Shown one piece after another: positions 40,941-49,780 of a stretch of 64,000 nucleotides of DNA. Position numbers and translations under genes: made by a program. The notes beneath the pieces are model-generated. The model was not told the DNA's origin, did no database searches, and worked only from the letters and a program-made list of their open reading frames with translations. The stretch comes from Polyangiales bacterium (lineage in GTDB: Bacteria > Myxococcota_A > Polyangia > Polyangiales > Polyangiaceae). The stretch lies in assembly GCA_038230375.1 (NCBI GenBank), contig JBBRNJ010000009.1, positions 32,001 to 96,000 of the forward strand. The letters run 5' to 3'. How positions within the stretch are numbered: the first letter of the stretch is position 1; the number at the start of each line of letters is the position of its first letter.

Positions 40941-41653
40941 CGGGTTTCACCCTCGGAGAAGAGGCCCCCGGCCTTGCGCTCGTCTGTGGTCACGAGCGAG
41001 GCAAGCGACGGCTCCTGTGCCATCATCTCCTCGATCTCGCGTCGTGCATAGAAGAGGCGCGTGCGCACCGTGAGAACGGGTGCATCCACGACCTCGGAGA
41101 TCTCTGCGGGCGACATGCCCTCCAGCTCGTGAAGTACGAAGACAACGCGCTTCTTCTCGGCGAGGCGATCGAGCACGCGGCGGAACGCGCGCATGCGCTC
41201 GTGGCGCGCCGCGTCCTCGTCCGGCCAGCGCGTGCGATCGTCGGCGACGTGATCCTGAGGCGCCTCTTCCGTGAGGACAGGGCGGGACTTCTGCGCGCGG
41301 CGCTGCATGAGCACGACGTTCACCGTGACGCGATGGAGCCACGTGGTGAACTTCGCGTCGCCGCGGAAGTCGGGCAAGCTGCGGTAGACCTGGAAGAAGA
41401 CCTCCTGGACGACGTCGTCGAGGTCACCGCGGGCGCCGAGCATCCGATACACGAGCCGGGCGACGTCCGAGCGATGCCGACGGAAGAGCTCCTTGAATGC
41501 TGCCGCGTCACCATGGCCCGCACGCTGGACGAGCGCGGTATCCTCGGACGCCGAGCGCCCACCAGGCGCGCCATGAACAGGCGCGAGATCTGGGGAGGAG
41601 TTCGCGTCGCTCATGGTCGGAGTTGCGGGAAGAAGGTCGAGTGCAATCGCCAC
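40937..41653 (-). CDS. ECF RNA polymerase sigma factor
   Basis: GDAAAFKELF, DDVVQEVF, FTTWLHRVTVN, EGMSPAEI, TVRTRLFYAR. Alternative start at ATG 41614. Confidence 0.93.
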   Translation of the reverse strand: MAIALDLLPATPTMSDANSSPDLAPVHGAPGGRSASEDTALVQRAGHGDAAAFKELFRRHRSDVARLVYRMLGARGDLDDVVQEVFFQVYRSLPDFRGDAKFTTWLHRVTVNVVLMQRRAQKSRPVLTEEAPQDHVADDRTRWPDEDAARHERMRAFRRVLDRLAEKKRVVFVLHELEGMSPAEISEVVDAPVLTVRTRLFYARREIEEMMAQEPSLASLVTTDERKAGGLFSEGETR

Positions 41654-41741
41654 AGACAGTCCGGTGCGACCGCCACAGCAATCATTCAGGACTTTCCTCC
41701 CTGTGGTCGGGCACTTCCCACCCCACGCACTTTATCCGACA

Positions 41742-41828
41742 TCAGGCGCGGCGACGACCGCGATTCACCAGATTCAGTGCGTCAGCGACCACGACCACCA
41801 CGAGGACCGAAAATGCAAATACCGCCAT
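41742..41828 (-). CDS. candidate 28-aa hydrophobic small protein (MAVFAFSVLVVVVVADALNLVNRGRRRA)
   Basis: Translated by hand; a single TM-like stretch with a basic tail, lying upstream of the ECF gene. Confidence 0.3.
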   Translation of the reverse strand: MAVFAFSVLVVVVVADALNLVNRGRRRA

Positions 41829-41861
41829 GAACGTGCAATCTGCACGCTTCTCATGGCGGTA
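41820..41861. other. strong intergenic hairpin
   Basis: TACCGCCATGA/TCATGGCGGTA (11 bp) plus CGTGCA/TGCACG (6 bp) with a 3-nt loop. Confidence 0.7.
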
Positions 41862-41941
41862 CCAACTTTCCTGCTCAGATGACTCCTACCTCCACTCCAT
41901 GGATGCGAGCGGGGATCAGGTTGGGCGAGGGCCCAGGTCTC

Positions 41942-42268
41942 TCAGAACAGGGTCTTGAGCTCGGCCTTCTCGGCCTTCTTCTGCTCGAGGATGTGATTGA
42001 TGGCGCGAAGGATGCGCTGCTTGGTCGGGCCGCTGATGGGCGCCTTGCCGCTCAGCGCCGCGGCGAATGCGCGCGGGGTGACGGGGCGACCAGAGCGCGG
42101 CTTCGCGACTTCCTTCTTCTCGGCGCCTTCCTTCTTGCCGTCCCTGCGGGCGAGCTTGGCGCGACGGTCGTCGACCTTGAGCGTCTCGAGCTTGTGCGAA
42201 GCGGCAAGGATGCGCGCTGCGCTGAGCTTCTTGGTGGCGATGAACTGGGCAAGCTTCGTGTCGGCCAT
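41942..42268 (-). CDS. small basic (Lys/Arg-rich) hypothetical protein
   Basis: 108-aa helical ORF, K/R-rich, with GC3-biased codons. Confidence 0.75.
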   Translation of the reverse strand: MADTKLAQFIATKKLSAARILAASHKLETLKVDDRRAKLARRDGKKEGAEKKEVAKPRSGRPVTPRAFAAALSGKAPISGPTKQRILRAINHILEQKKAEKAELKTLF

Positions 42269-42362
42269 GGCGATTTTGATCCTGAAAAAGGGATGCGTTA
42301 CCTAATCCAGGCAGCGACAGGGCGCAAGCAGCCCGTCACTTGAAGGTCCCAGGCTCAGGTCT

Positions 42363-43430
42363 TCACTTGAAGACCATGCCGACGTTCAGGGAGATCGGGA
42401 CGACGTACCTCTTGTCGCCGCCGTCCGAGAGGGCGAAGAGCGGGGCGTCGGCGCGAAGGCCCGCGATCATGGAGACGCGGTGCGTACGAAACGCCTCGAT
42501 TCCAGCCTCGCCGTAGAGGCTCATGCCGCTGCCGCCACCGTTGTACGAGCCGCCACTGTACTGGCCGTAGCTACCTCCGGAGCTCGTGGTCGCGTTGTAC
42601 GCGGAGAAACCCGTCCCGCCGCCGACGTAGGGCGCCACGTCTCCATCGGTGATGAAGTAGCGCGCGCCAACGCCAAGGTTGAAATACGTGAAGTTCGCGC
42701 CGTCGCCCGAGCCGCCGCCTGCGAGGCGACCGTGCGCAGAGATGGCGAAGCGATCGGCCTCGTACACGATGCCCAGCTCCGCGCCTGCGCCGACGCCCGT
42801 GGGAATGCCCGCCGGCGTGACGCCGATGATGCCGCCAGCGAACCCGGGCCGCCCCTGCTTCTGCAACGGCGTGCGCGCCTCCTGGCTGAGGACGTTGGTG
42901 ACGTTCTGCGTCTCCTCGAGCGGCTTGTTCGAGACCATCGCATCCACGATCCGCTGCGAGGCGATCGGGGCCTCTTCGACGCCGGAGATGAGCGTGTGGC
43001 GCTCTTCGATGCCGGCCTCGGTGCGGCGCTCCAGGACCATGAGCACACGCGAGCCGAGCTTGCCCATGCGGACCTCGTAGTTGCCGGACGGCGCGCGATG
43101 CGACGCCAGGTCGTGCGCGACGATCTCGCGGATCGTCTCCGCGTCCGGCCCCTCGATGCCGGAGTGATCGCCAAGCGCCACGATGATCGTCGACGCACCA
43201 TCCGCGCCAGTGCTCACGACCGTGACGGCGCGACCAGCGGGAGCCGCGGGCTGTGCGGCGGCAGGCTGCGCGGCGGGCGCGGGCAGTTGCGCCTGCACCG
43301 GCCCCTGCGCGTGGGCAGACGACGCGGCAAGGAGAACCGCAGCGGCCGCGCCAAGCGCGAGGGGGAGTGCGAGACGCGTCAGACGGGGGATGGACGTGTG
43401 GCGTGAGGCGAGCGAAGAGATGCGAGCCAT
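42363..43430 (-). CDS. hypothetical secreted protein with C-terminal outer-membrane beta-barrel-like domain
   Basis: Signal peptide ending AHA; amphipathic strands (GARYF, APYVGGG, YGEAGIE); ends VGMVFK. Confidence 0.72.
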   Translation of the reverse strand: MARISSLASRHTSIPRLTRLALPLALGAAAAVLLAASSAHAQGPVQAQLPAPAAQPAAAQPAAPAGRAVTVVSTGADGASTIIVALGDHSGIEGPDAETIREIVAHDLASHRAPSGNYEVRMGKLGSRVLMVLERRTEAGIEERHTLISGVEEAPIASQRIVDAMVSNKPLEETQNVTNVLSQEARTPLQKQGRPGFAGGIIGVTPAGIPTGVGAGAELGIVYEADRFAISAHGRLAGGGSGDGANFTYFNLGVGARYFITDGDVAPYVGGGTGFSAYNATTSSGGSYGQYSGGSYNGGGSGMSLYGEAGIEAFRTHRVSMIAGLRADAPLFALSDGGDKRYVVPISLNVGMVFK

Positions 43431-43523
43431 GGTGAAACTCCCTTTTGGTGGGGCTTGGTGGTGTGGTGATGAGGCACGCGCCCGGGCAGCGGGGTGCGTC
43501 GCGGCGTGCGTGCAGAGACATAG

Positions 43524-43539
43524 AGCAGGCCCCGTGCCA
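43524..43539 (-). promoter_or_regulatory. putative sigma54 promoter
   Basis: Minus-strand TGGCACGGGGCCTGCT (GG-N10-GC), about 95 bp upstream of ATG 43430. Confidence 0.6.
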
Positions 43540-43665
43540 CACGGGAAAAACCAGGCGATCCGCATTTGGCCATCCTGGCCCGTGAACGCCAGTATGCGGT
43601 TGCACAATACGCCGTGACTCACGCGCCACAGGTGGAGTCATGGAAGGACAGCGGGAAAGGCGAAG

Positions 43666-43803
43666 GTCGAGGTCGACGTCGAGGTCGAGGTCGAGGTCGA
43701 AGTCGAGGTCGAAGTCGAAGTCGAAGTCGAGGTCGAAGTCGAGGTCGAAGTCGAGGTCGACGTCGAGGTCGACGTCGAAGTCGAGGTCGAAGTCGAAGTC
43801 GAA
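43666..43803. repeat. intergenic (GTCGAN)x23 tandem array
   Basis: 23 consecutive GTCGA[A/G/C] units immediately downstream of the stop codon at 43813. Confidence 0.95.
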
Positions 43804-43812
43804 AGCGAAGTC

Positions 43813-44358
43813 CTAGTCTCCCGCGTCTGCGTCGCTCGTGGCGTCGACGCCCGCGTCGCTGCCGCCTTCGCCCGTGCCTGCTTCGATCACGCACGTGTCG
43901 TCCACGAGCTGCCACTTCTGCGCGACGCAGCTCGCGCGCACTGCGCTCGCGTCCGTCGCGCATGCCTGCTGATAGAGGCACGAGGCGTCGGCGGAGAAGC
44001 ACACGGGACACGTGCTCCCCGACGACGGCACACCTTCGGGACAGCCAGAGGACACTGGCGTCACGGCCGTCGGACGCCACACTCCACCCGTGCATACTGC
44101 ATAGATCCCATCGCACACGCCGAACGCGCACGTGGTGCCCTCGGGTGCCGTACACACCGTGCCCGGGACCGGTGCCGTCTTCGGGCAGGTCGAAAGCCGC
44201 GTGCCGCCGTCGAGGTCGTCGCCACCATCACCCGTGAGCACGGGCTCCGTGGGGGCGGACGAGCTGCACGCCTCGACGGCCGCCGCGATCGCCAGCGCGG
44301 CACAAAACAAGCCGAACAGGCGCCTATGACGCAGTGCGTGCAAGTGGGGCTCGAACAT
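43813..44358 (-). CDS. Cys-rich lipoprotein with two CP...C...C repeats
   Basis: Lipobox VEAC; CPKTAPVPGTVC and CPEGVPSSGSTC repeats; DAG-rich tail. Confidence 0.7.
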   Translation of the reverse strand: MFEPHLHALRHRRLFGLFCAALAIAAAVEACSSSAPTEPVLTGDGGDDLDGGTRLSTCPKTAPVPGTVCTAPEGTTCAFGVCDGIYAVCTGGVWRPTAVTPVSSGCPEGVPSSGSTCPVCFSADASCLYQQACATDASAVRASCVAQKWQLVDDTCVIEAGTGEGGSDAGVDATSDADAGD

Positions 44359-44400
44359 TTTCACTCCCGCGACTATATATCCGCGAAAGAGGTTTCGAAC

Positions 44401-45585
44401 ATGGCACTTCCCCCCGTCTACATCGTCTCGGCTGCCCGTACCCCCATCGGCGCGTTCCAGGGCGCGCTCTCCAGCCTGAAGGCGCCCGAGCTCGGCGCCA
44501 CGGCGATCAAGGGCGCGCTCGCCCGTGCCAAGGTTGCCGCGGCGGATGTCGGCGAGGTGTTCATGGGCAACGTGCTCTCCGCAGGCATCGGCCAGGCGCC
44601 TGCGCGTCAGGCGGCGATCTTCGCGGGCATCCCGAACACGGTCCCCGCCACCACGGTGGGCAAGGTCTGCGGCTCGGGCCTGCAGGCCATCCTGCTCGCG
44701 GCGAAGAGCATCGGCATGGGCGATCAGGAGATCGTCATCGCGGGCGGCATGGAGTCGATGTCGAACGTGCCGTACTACCTGCAGGGCGCGCGCTCGGGCT
44801 ACCGCATGGGCAACCAGACCGCGGTCGACGGGATGATCTTCGACGGCCTCTGGGACCCGTACAAGAACGTCCACATGGGCAACTGCGGCGACAAGTGCGC
44901 TGCAGAATACAAGTACTCGCGAGAGGCCCAGGACGAGTTCGCGAAGGAGAGCTTCCGCAAGGCGCTGTCCGCGCAGAAGGAAGGCCAGTTCGCGGCCGAG
45001 ATCGAGCCCGTGAGCGTGCCGCAGCGCAAGGGCGACGCGCTCCTCATCAAGGACGACGAGGGGCCGAGCAAGGGCGACCCGTCGAAGTTTGCGTCGCTGA
45101 AGCCGGCGTTCGCGAAGGACGGAACCATCACCGCGGCGAACGCTTCGTCGATCAACGACGGCGCAAGCGCGCTCGTCCTTGCAAGCGAGGCCGCCGTGAA
45201 GAAGCATGGTCTCCAGCCGCTCGCGAAGATCGTCGGCTACTCCAGCGTCGCGCAGGATCCGGAGTGGTTCACCACCGCGCCGGCAAAGGCCATGGAGCAG
45301 CTCGCCACGAAGACGGGCGTCGCGCTCGCGGACGTGGACCTCTTCGAGATCAACGAGGCATTCGCGGTGGTCGCCATGGTCTCCGCCGACCTCACGAAGA
45401 TCGATCGTCAGAAGGTGAACGTGCGTGGCGGCGCTGTTGCGCTGGGCCACCCCATCGGCGCCAGCGGCGCGCGCATCGTCACCACGCTGCTCCACACGCT
45501 GAAGGATCAGAACAAGAAGCGTGGCATCGCGTCCATCTGCATCGGCGGCGGCGAAGGCCTTGCGATCCTGGTCGAGCGCGTCTGA
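44401..45585 (+). CDS. acetyl-CoA C-acyltransferase (thiolase)
   Basis: [35 protein letters not shown]. Confidence 0.96.
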   Translation: MALPPVYIVSAARTPIGAFQGALSSLKAPELGATAIKGALARAKVAAADVGEVFMGNVLSAGIGQAPARQAAIFAGIPNTVPATTVGKVCGSGLQAILLAAKSIGMGDQEIVIAGGMESMSNVPYYLQGARSGYRMGNQTAVDGMIFDGLWDPYKNVHMGNCGDKCAAEYKYSREAQDEFAKESFRKALSAQKEGQFAAEIEPVSVPQRKGDALLIKDDEGPSKGDPSKFASLKPAFAKDGTITAANASSINDGASALVLASEAAVKKHGLQPLAKIVGYSSVAQDPEWFTTAPAKAMEQLATKTGVALADVDLFEINEAFAVVAMVSADLTKIDRQKVNVRGGAVALGHPIGASGARIVTTLLHTLKDQNKKRGIASICIGGGEGLAILVERV

Positions 45586-45644
45586 AGCGCGTTTGAGCTG
45601 AGACGGCGAGTCGACAGGAAGGGCGGAAGGGTGGAAGGTTTGGG

Positions 45645-46499
45645 ATGATGCGGCCTCGCGAGATTTCGCGCACCGTCGCGCTCTTTCCGGCCGAGACGCC
45701 CACGCTTCCGCCTGCGACGCACACGAACAGCTACGCGCTCGGTAGCCGCGAGGTGTTGCTCGTGGAGCCTGCGACGCCTTACGAGGGCGAGCGTCGCGCG
45801 TTCGTGGAGTGGGCACAGGGACTTCGCGCGCAAGGGCGCGTGCTCAAGGGGATCCTCGCCACGCACCATCACCCTGATCACATCGGCGGCGCGAAGTTCC
45901 TCTCCGAGGCGCTCGCGCTTCCCTTGTGGGCAAGCGACGAGACCGCGCAGCGCCTGGACGCGGACGTGGCCGTGCGCCTGCGCGAAGGCGAGGAGCTCGT
46001 GCTGTATGGGCCCACGCCCACGTCATGGCGCGTGCTCATAACGCCAGGGCACGCGCCCGGTCACGTGTGCCTCCTGGAAGAGAAGAGCGGCACGGTGGTC
46101 GTGGGCGACATGGTCGCGAGCGTGGGCACCATCCTCATTGCGCGCGGCGACGGCGACATGCGCGTGTACCTTGAACAGCTCGCGCGGCTCCGCGATCTGG
46201 GCGCGCGGCTTGCGCTGCCCGCGCACGGAGAGCCCATCGACGAACCCGCAAAACTATTTGCACACTACATTGATCATCGCCTGAAGCGGGAGCGCAAGGT
46301 GCTCACGGCGCTCGAGAAGCTCGGTGGCACGAGCACGCTGGCCACGCTCCTGCCAGAGGTCTACGACGACGTGTCCATCGCGATCTTCCCCATCGCCATG
46401 CTCTCGCTGGAGACGCACGTGGACAAGCTGGTTGCGGATGGGCGGGTGGTTCAAAAGAACGGCGCCTACGCGCTCGTCAACGACGCGGCGCGCGCATAG
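45645..46499 (+). CDS. MBL-fold metallo-hydrolase (LACTB2-like)
   Basis: TNSY, THHHPDH, TPGHAPGH, GD, PAHG, HRLKRE, C-terminal winged helix. Confidence 0.9.
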   Translation: MMRPREISRTVALFPAETPTLPPATHTNSYALGSREVLLVEPATPYEGERRAFVEWAQGLRAQGRVLKGILATHHHPDHIGGAKFLSEALALPLWASDETAQRLDADVAVRLREGEELVLYGPTPTSWRVLITPGHAPGHVCLLEEKSGTVVVGDMVASVGTILIARGDGDMRVYLEQLARLRDLGARLALPAHGEPIDEPAKLFAHYIDHRLKRERKVLTALEKLGGTSTLATLLPEVYDDVSIAIFPIAMLSLETHVDKLVADGRVVQKNGAYALVNDAARA

Positions 46500-46508
46500 G
46501 ATCACCGG

Positions 46509-46718
46509 GTGAGCTGGCAGCGTTCATACGTCGCGATGTCCGCCCTCCTGGGCGCAGAGGATCCGTCCGAGGGTCTCGCCGAAGAGGCGCGGCCACTGGC
46601 GGAGCCGCTGGTCTCCGCGCTGCGAAGCCCCGAGCGAGCCGCACGTGCGAAGGCCCTCGCGGCGGAGCTTGCGCGGCTGGCGCATGCGCTGGAAGAGCTG
46701 GAGCTGGGCGCCCCGTGA
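46509..46718 (+). CDS. small hypothetical helical protein
   Basis: 69-aa ORF with a GTGA overlap into the next gene. Confidence 0.5.
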   Translation: MSWQRSYVAMSALLGAEDPSEGLAEEARPLAEPLVSALRSPERAARAKALAAELARLAHALEELELGAP

Positions 46719-47380
46719 TCACCCGCGCGCGCGTCATCAAGGGAGCCTTCCCGAAGGAGCATGTGGACGCGGACGCGCCCACGTCGCTCGACCTGGGCAA
46801 TCGCGGAGCGCCACGGCGCTTGCCCGGGGCGGTGGTGGATGCGCATGCAGAGGCCGCGCGCATCATCGCGAACGCGCGCACACGTGCAGAGGCGGAGCTC
46901 GCGGAGGGCCAGCGGAAGGTCGCGCGCGTCGCGGAGGACGCCGTGAAGGACGCGCGTGAGAAGGAGGTCGCCAAGCTCGCAGCGGCGTTCATCGCGCTGC
47001 GCGCGGAGGAGGCCGCGCGGGCCGAGCGCGATCTCACGCAGACCACGCAGCTCGCGCGCATGCTGGCGGAGCGCTTGCTCGGCGCGGAGCTCACGCTCGC
47101 ACCCGAACGCATCGTGGACCTTGCGGCTGCGGCGCTGCGTGAGGCGCGCGGGGCACGGCGTGCAAAGATCCGCGCCCACGAGGCCGACGCCCCACTGCTC
47201 ACCGCGCGCCTGCGGGACCTGGGCATGAAGGATGGCGCGGTGGAGATCATCGCGGACGACACGCTGCCTCGTGGCTCGCTCTTGCTGGACACGGATCTGG
47301 GAGTGATGGACGCGCGCATCGCGCCGCAGCTCGACAGGCTCACGGAGGCACTCGCGGATGTCCTACGCGCGCGAGCCTGA
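46715..47380 (+). CDS. FliH/SctL (HrpE/YscL) family protein
   Basis: Ala-rich coiled coil, AERLLGAEL, IRAH..D, DDTLPRGSLLLDTDLGVMDA, QL. Confidence 0.75.
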   Translation: MITRARVIKGAFPKEHVDADAPTSLDLGNRGAPRRLPGAVVDAHAEAARIIANARTRAEAELAEGQRKVARVAEDAVKDAREKEVAKLAAAFIALRAEEAARAERDLTQTTQLARMLAERLLGAELTLAPERIVDLAAAALREARGARRAKIRAHEADAPLLTARLRDLGMKDGAVEIIADDTLPRGSLLLDTDLGVMDARIAPQLDRLTEALADVLRARA

Positions 47381-48554
47381 CGCCGTTCCTGGTGATCCCG
47401 GCGAGATCCCGGCGCCGCAGCCGTGGCGGCGAAACCTTGTGCTCTTCCTGCTCACCGTGATGAGCGTGCTCGCAACCTCAACGCTGGGCGACGAGTCCGT
47501 GAACGCTGGCGAGGGCGCGACCTTCACGGAGGCGTTGCGTGCCGCGTTTGCTACCCGCGCGGCGCTGGTGCACGGCGCGGAGTTCACCGCATCGCTGCTT
47601 GCGATCCTGCTCGCGCACGAGTTCGGTCACTACATCGCGGCGCGCATCCACAAGGTGGACACGTCGCTGCCGTTCTTCATCCCGCTGCCGTTCCTGTCAC
47701 CGTTCGGCACCATGGGCGCGGTCATCAGGATGCGCGGCCAGATCCCCACGCGGCGCGCGCTGCTCGACATCGGCGCCTCGGGCCCGCTCGCCGGGCTGTG
47801 CCTTGCGATCCCCATCTACTACTACGGCGCGTGCCACTCGAAGATCATCCCGATGTCCACGGGGGGCGGCGTGGAGCTCGGGGACTCGCTCTTGCTCACG
47901 CTGCTCGATCGCCTGGCCGTGCCAGACCTGCCGGCGGGGCACACGCTCCTGCTGTCGCCGTTCGCGTTCGCGGCATGGGCGGGCATGTTCGTCACCATGA
48001 TCAACCTGCTGCCCGTGGGCCAGCTGGACGGCGGGCACGTCGCGTACGCGCTGTTCGGCAAGCGTCAGGACGGCTTCGCGCGCAACATCCACCGCGTCGT
48101 GTTCGTGTTCTTCTGTGGCGCCGTGCTCGTGAAGACGGTGCTGTCGCTGCGCTCCGGTGACGGATGGGGTGTGCTGGGCGCGCGCGTGGAGGGCTCGCTG
48201 TTCTGGCTCACGTGGTTCCAGATGCTGGCGATCCTCGGAACGCTGTCGCGCAAGGACCGGCGAGCAGCTGTGCTTTCACCCACGGTGCGCATCGCGGTCA
48301 CCGCAGCGCTCGTGATGCTGCCGGGCTACGCGAAGGTGGGTGGCACGAAGTCCATCGCGGCATGGGCCGGCTTCGCGATCGCGCTGGGCGTGATGATCTT
48401 CCTGGAGCGGACGCGCGGCGTGTTCCGCCCCCATACCCTCTTCGATCACCCAGAGGTCAGCGACGAGAAGCTCGACAGTGTGCGCTCGGTGATCGCCATC
48501 ATCACGCTTCTGCTGTTCGCGGCGCTGTTCATGCCCACGCCGTTCTCGATGTGA
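47358..48554 (+). CDS. site-2 protease (M50) intramembrane metalloprotease
   Basis: HEFGH, PFFIP, GTMGAVI, SGPLAG, NLLPVGQLDGGH. Confidence 0.92.
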   Translation: MSYAREPDAVPGDPGEIPAPQPWRRNLVLFLLTVMSVLATSTLGDESVNAGEGATFTEALRAAFATRAALVHGAEFTASLLAILLAHEFGHYIAARIHKVDTSLPFFIPLPFLSPFGTMGAVIRMRGQIPTRRALLDIGASGPLAGLCLAIPIYYYGACHSKIIPMSTGGGVELGDSLLLTLLDRLAVPDLPAGHTLLLSPFAFAAWAGMFVTMINLLPVGQLDGGHVAYALFGKRQDGFARNIHRVVFVFFCGAVLVKTVLSLRSGDGWGVLGARVEGSLFWLTWFQMLAILGTLSRKDRRAAVLSPTVRIAVTAALVMLPGYAKVGGTKSIAAWAGFAIALGVMIFLERTRGVFRPHTLFDHPEVSDEKLDSVRSVIAIITLLLFAALFMPTPFSM

Positions 48555-48636
48555 GCGGCGTCAACGAGCTGGCGCCAGTGCGTCGGAGCGTTGCCAATCC
48601 ACCGCCGCGAAGGCCGTGATTTCGCGGGCGAAACGC

Positions 48637-48652
48637 GGGCACGGTTCGTGAA
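48637..48652 (+). promoter_or_regulatory. possible sigma54-like promoter of module copy 1
   Basis: GGGCACGGTTCGTGAA: good -24 GGCAC, but -12 is GA instead of GC. Confidence 0.35.
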
Positions 48653-48691
48653 GGAACGTCCTCGACCGTGAAGTGTCGTGGAGGTTCTTGG

Positions 48692-49780
48692 ATGATCCGG
48701 AAGAACAAAACGCTGACGATCTCTCTCGGGGCGCTCGGCGTCCTTTGCGCCCTGTGCTCTCCCACGAGTGCCCGGGCGCAAGAGTCGCCGTACTGCAAGA
48801 AGGTCCGCGCCAGAGCGTCGGGCGATGCGGCGCTCCTGTTCGCGCCATCAGCGCAGATGCAGGGCGTGAAGTTTCCGAAGAACGGAGCAATCGACACCGC
48901 ATCCGCGGTCGGCAACGCGTACCAGTTCCGCGCGGTGCTCTCGTGGTCTCCGCTCGATCTCTACAAGGGCTTCCGGGTGCAGGATGTCGGCGACGCCGAT
49001 TGTCGGGAGCACGAGGTCATCGTCACGACGGAGGAGGTGCTCCTGCACGGCGCAGACTACGCGCGCCTGCCAGCGCTGCGTGCGCAGCACCAGTTCCTGG
49101 ACGGGAAGCGCCCATTCCTTGCAACGGTGCGAAGCAAGATCGACGAGCGAATGGCTGCGGGCGTGATGACGCTGATGGAGGCCGAGGACACCAGGACGAA
49201 GCTGCGTGAGCTCGACCGAAAAGCGGAGCAGCTGCAGGGCGAGGTCGAGCGTCTGGTGGCGCGTGGCGTGGCGCGCGACGTGCCGCTGCTGTCGTCGCTG
49301 GTCACGGAGGTCTCGGTCCGGGCGCACGAGCACGACCGCGAGACGTCCAGCGTACGCAAGCTGGATCCATGGACGGTGAGCCTCGCGGGCGGCATCGTTC
49401 CGCAGTACGACCCCGTTGATTTCTTCGGCCTGGTCCAGATTGGCTACAACTTCGGCGGCATCTCCCGTGCTTCCAACGAGCAACGCTACATGGACGCGCA
49501 TGCGGAGGAGCTCCGCACTGCACGCTACGAGCTCGGAGGCCGCGTTCAACGCTTCCGCGAGGAGCTCCGTGTCACGCATGCGCAGGCGGAGCGTGAGCTC
49601 GCCGTGATGGAGCGCGATGCGTCGGCGCTCACGTCGGCAAGGAATGTACTGGCAAAATCCGCAGCAACGAATGCGCCGTTCGCGCTCGACGCGCTCGAGC
49701 TCGCGCTCATCGGCATCGAGTCGGAGCGGGTGTACCTGACTTTATTCTCGACGGAGCTGCGCCGTATGGAGGAGAAATGA
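48692..49780 (+). CDS. module gene A1: secreted helical protein, candidate TolC/OEP-like outer-membrane channel
   Basis: Signal peptide ending ARA; two beta-hairpin-like segments separated by long helices; paralog of 58134-59225. Confidence 0.7.
   Translation: MIRKNKTLTISLGALGVLCALCSPTSARAQESPYCKKVRARASGDAALLFAPSAQMQGVKFPKNGAIDTASAVGNAYQFRAVLSWSPLDLYKGFRVQDVGDADCREHEVIVTTEEVLLHGADYARLPALRAQHQFLDGKRPFLATVRSKIDERMAAGVMTLMEAEDTRTKLRELDRKAEQLQGEVERLVARGVARDVPLLSSLVTEVSVRAHEHDRETSSVRKLDPWTVSLAGGIVPQYDPVDFFGLVQIGYNFGGISRASNEQRYMDAHAEELRTARYELGGRVQRFREELRVTHAQAERELAVMERDASALTSARNVLAKSAATNAPFALDALELALIGIESERVYLTLFSTELRRMEEK

Noticed and set aside
43666..43803. Possible CRISPR array
   Set aside because: 6-bp tandem units with no unique spacers, and no cas genes in the window.
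43566..44237. RG/RS-rich ORFs across the hexamer array
   Set aside because: Translation products of the simple repeat; they overlap a better-supported gene.
44359..45816. N-terminal part of the 667-aa minus-strand ORF
   Set aside because: Antisense to the thiolase. Only the 3' part (43813-44358) looks like a real lipoprotein gene.
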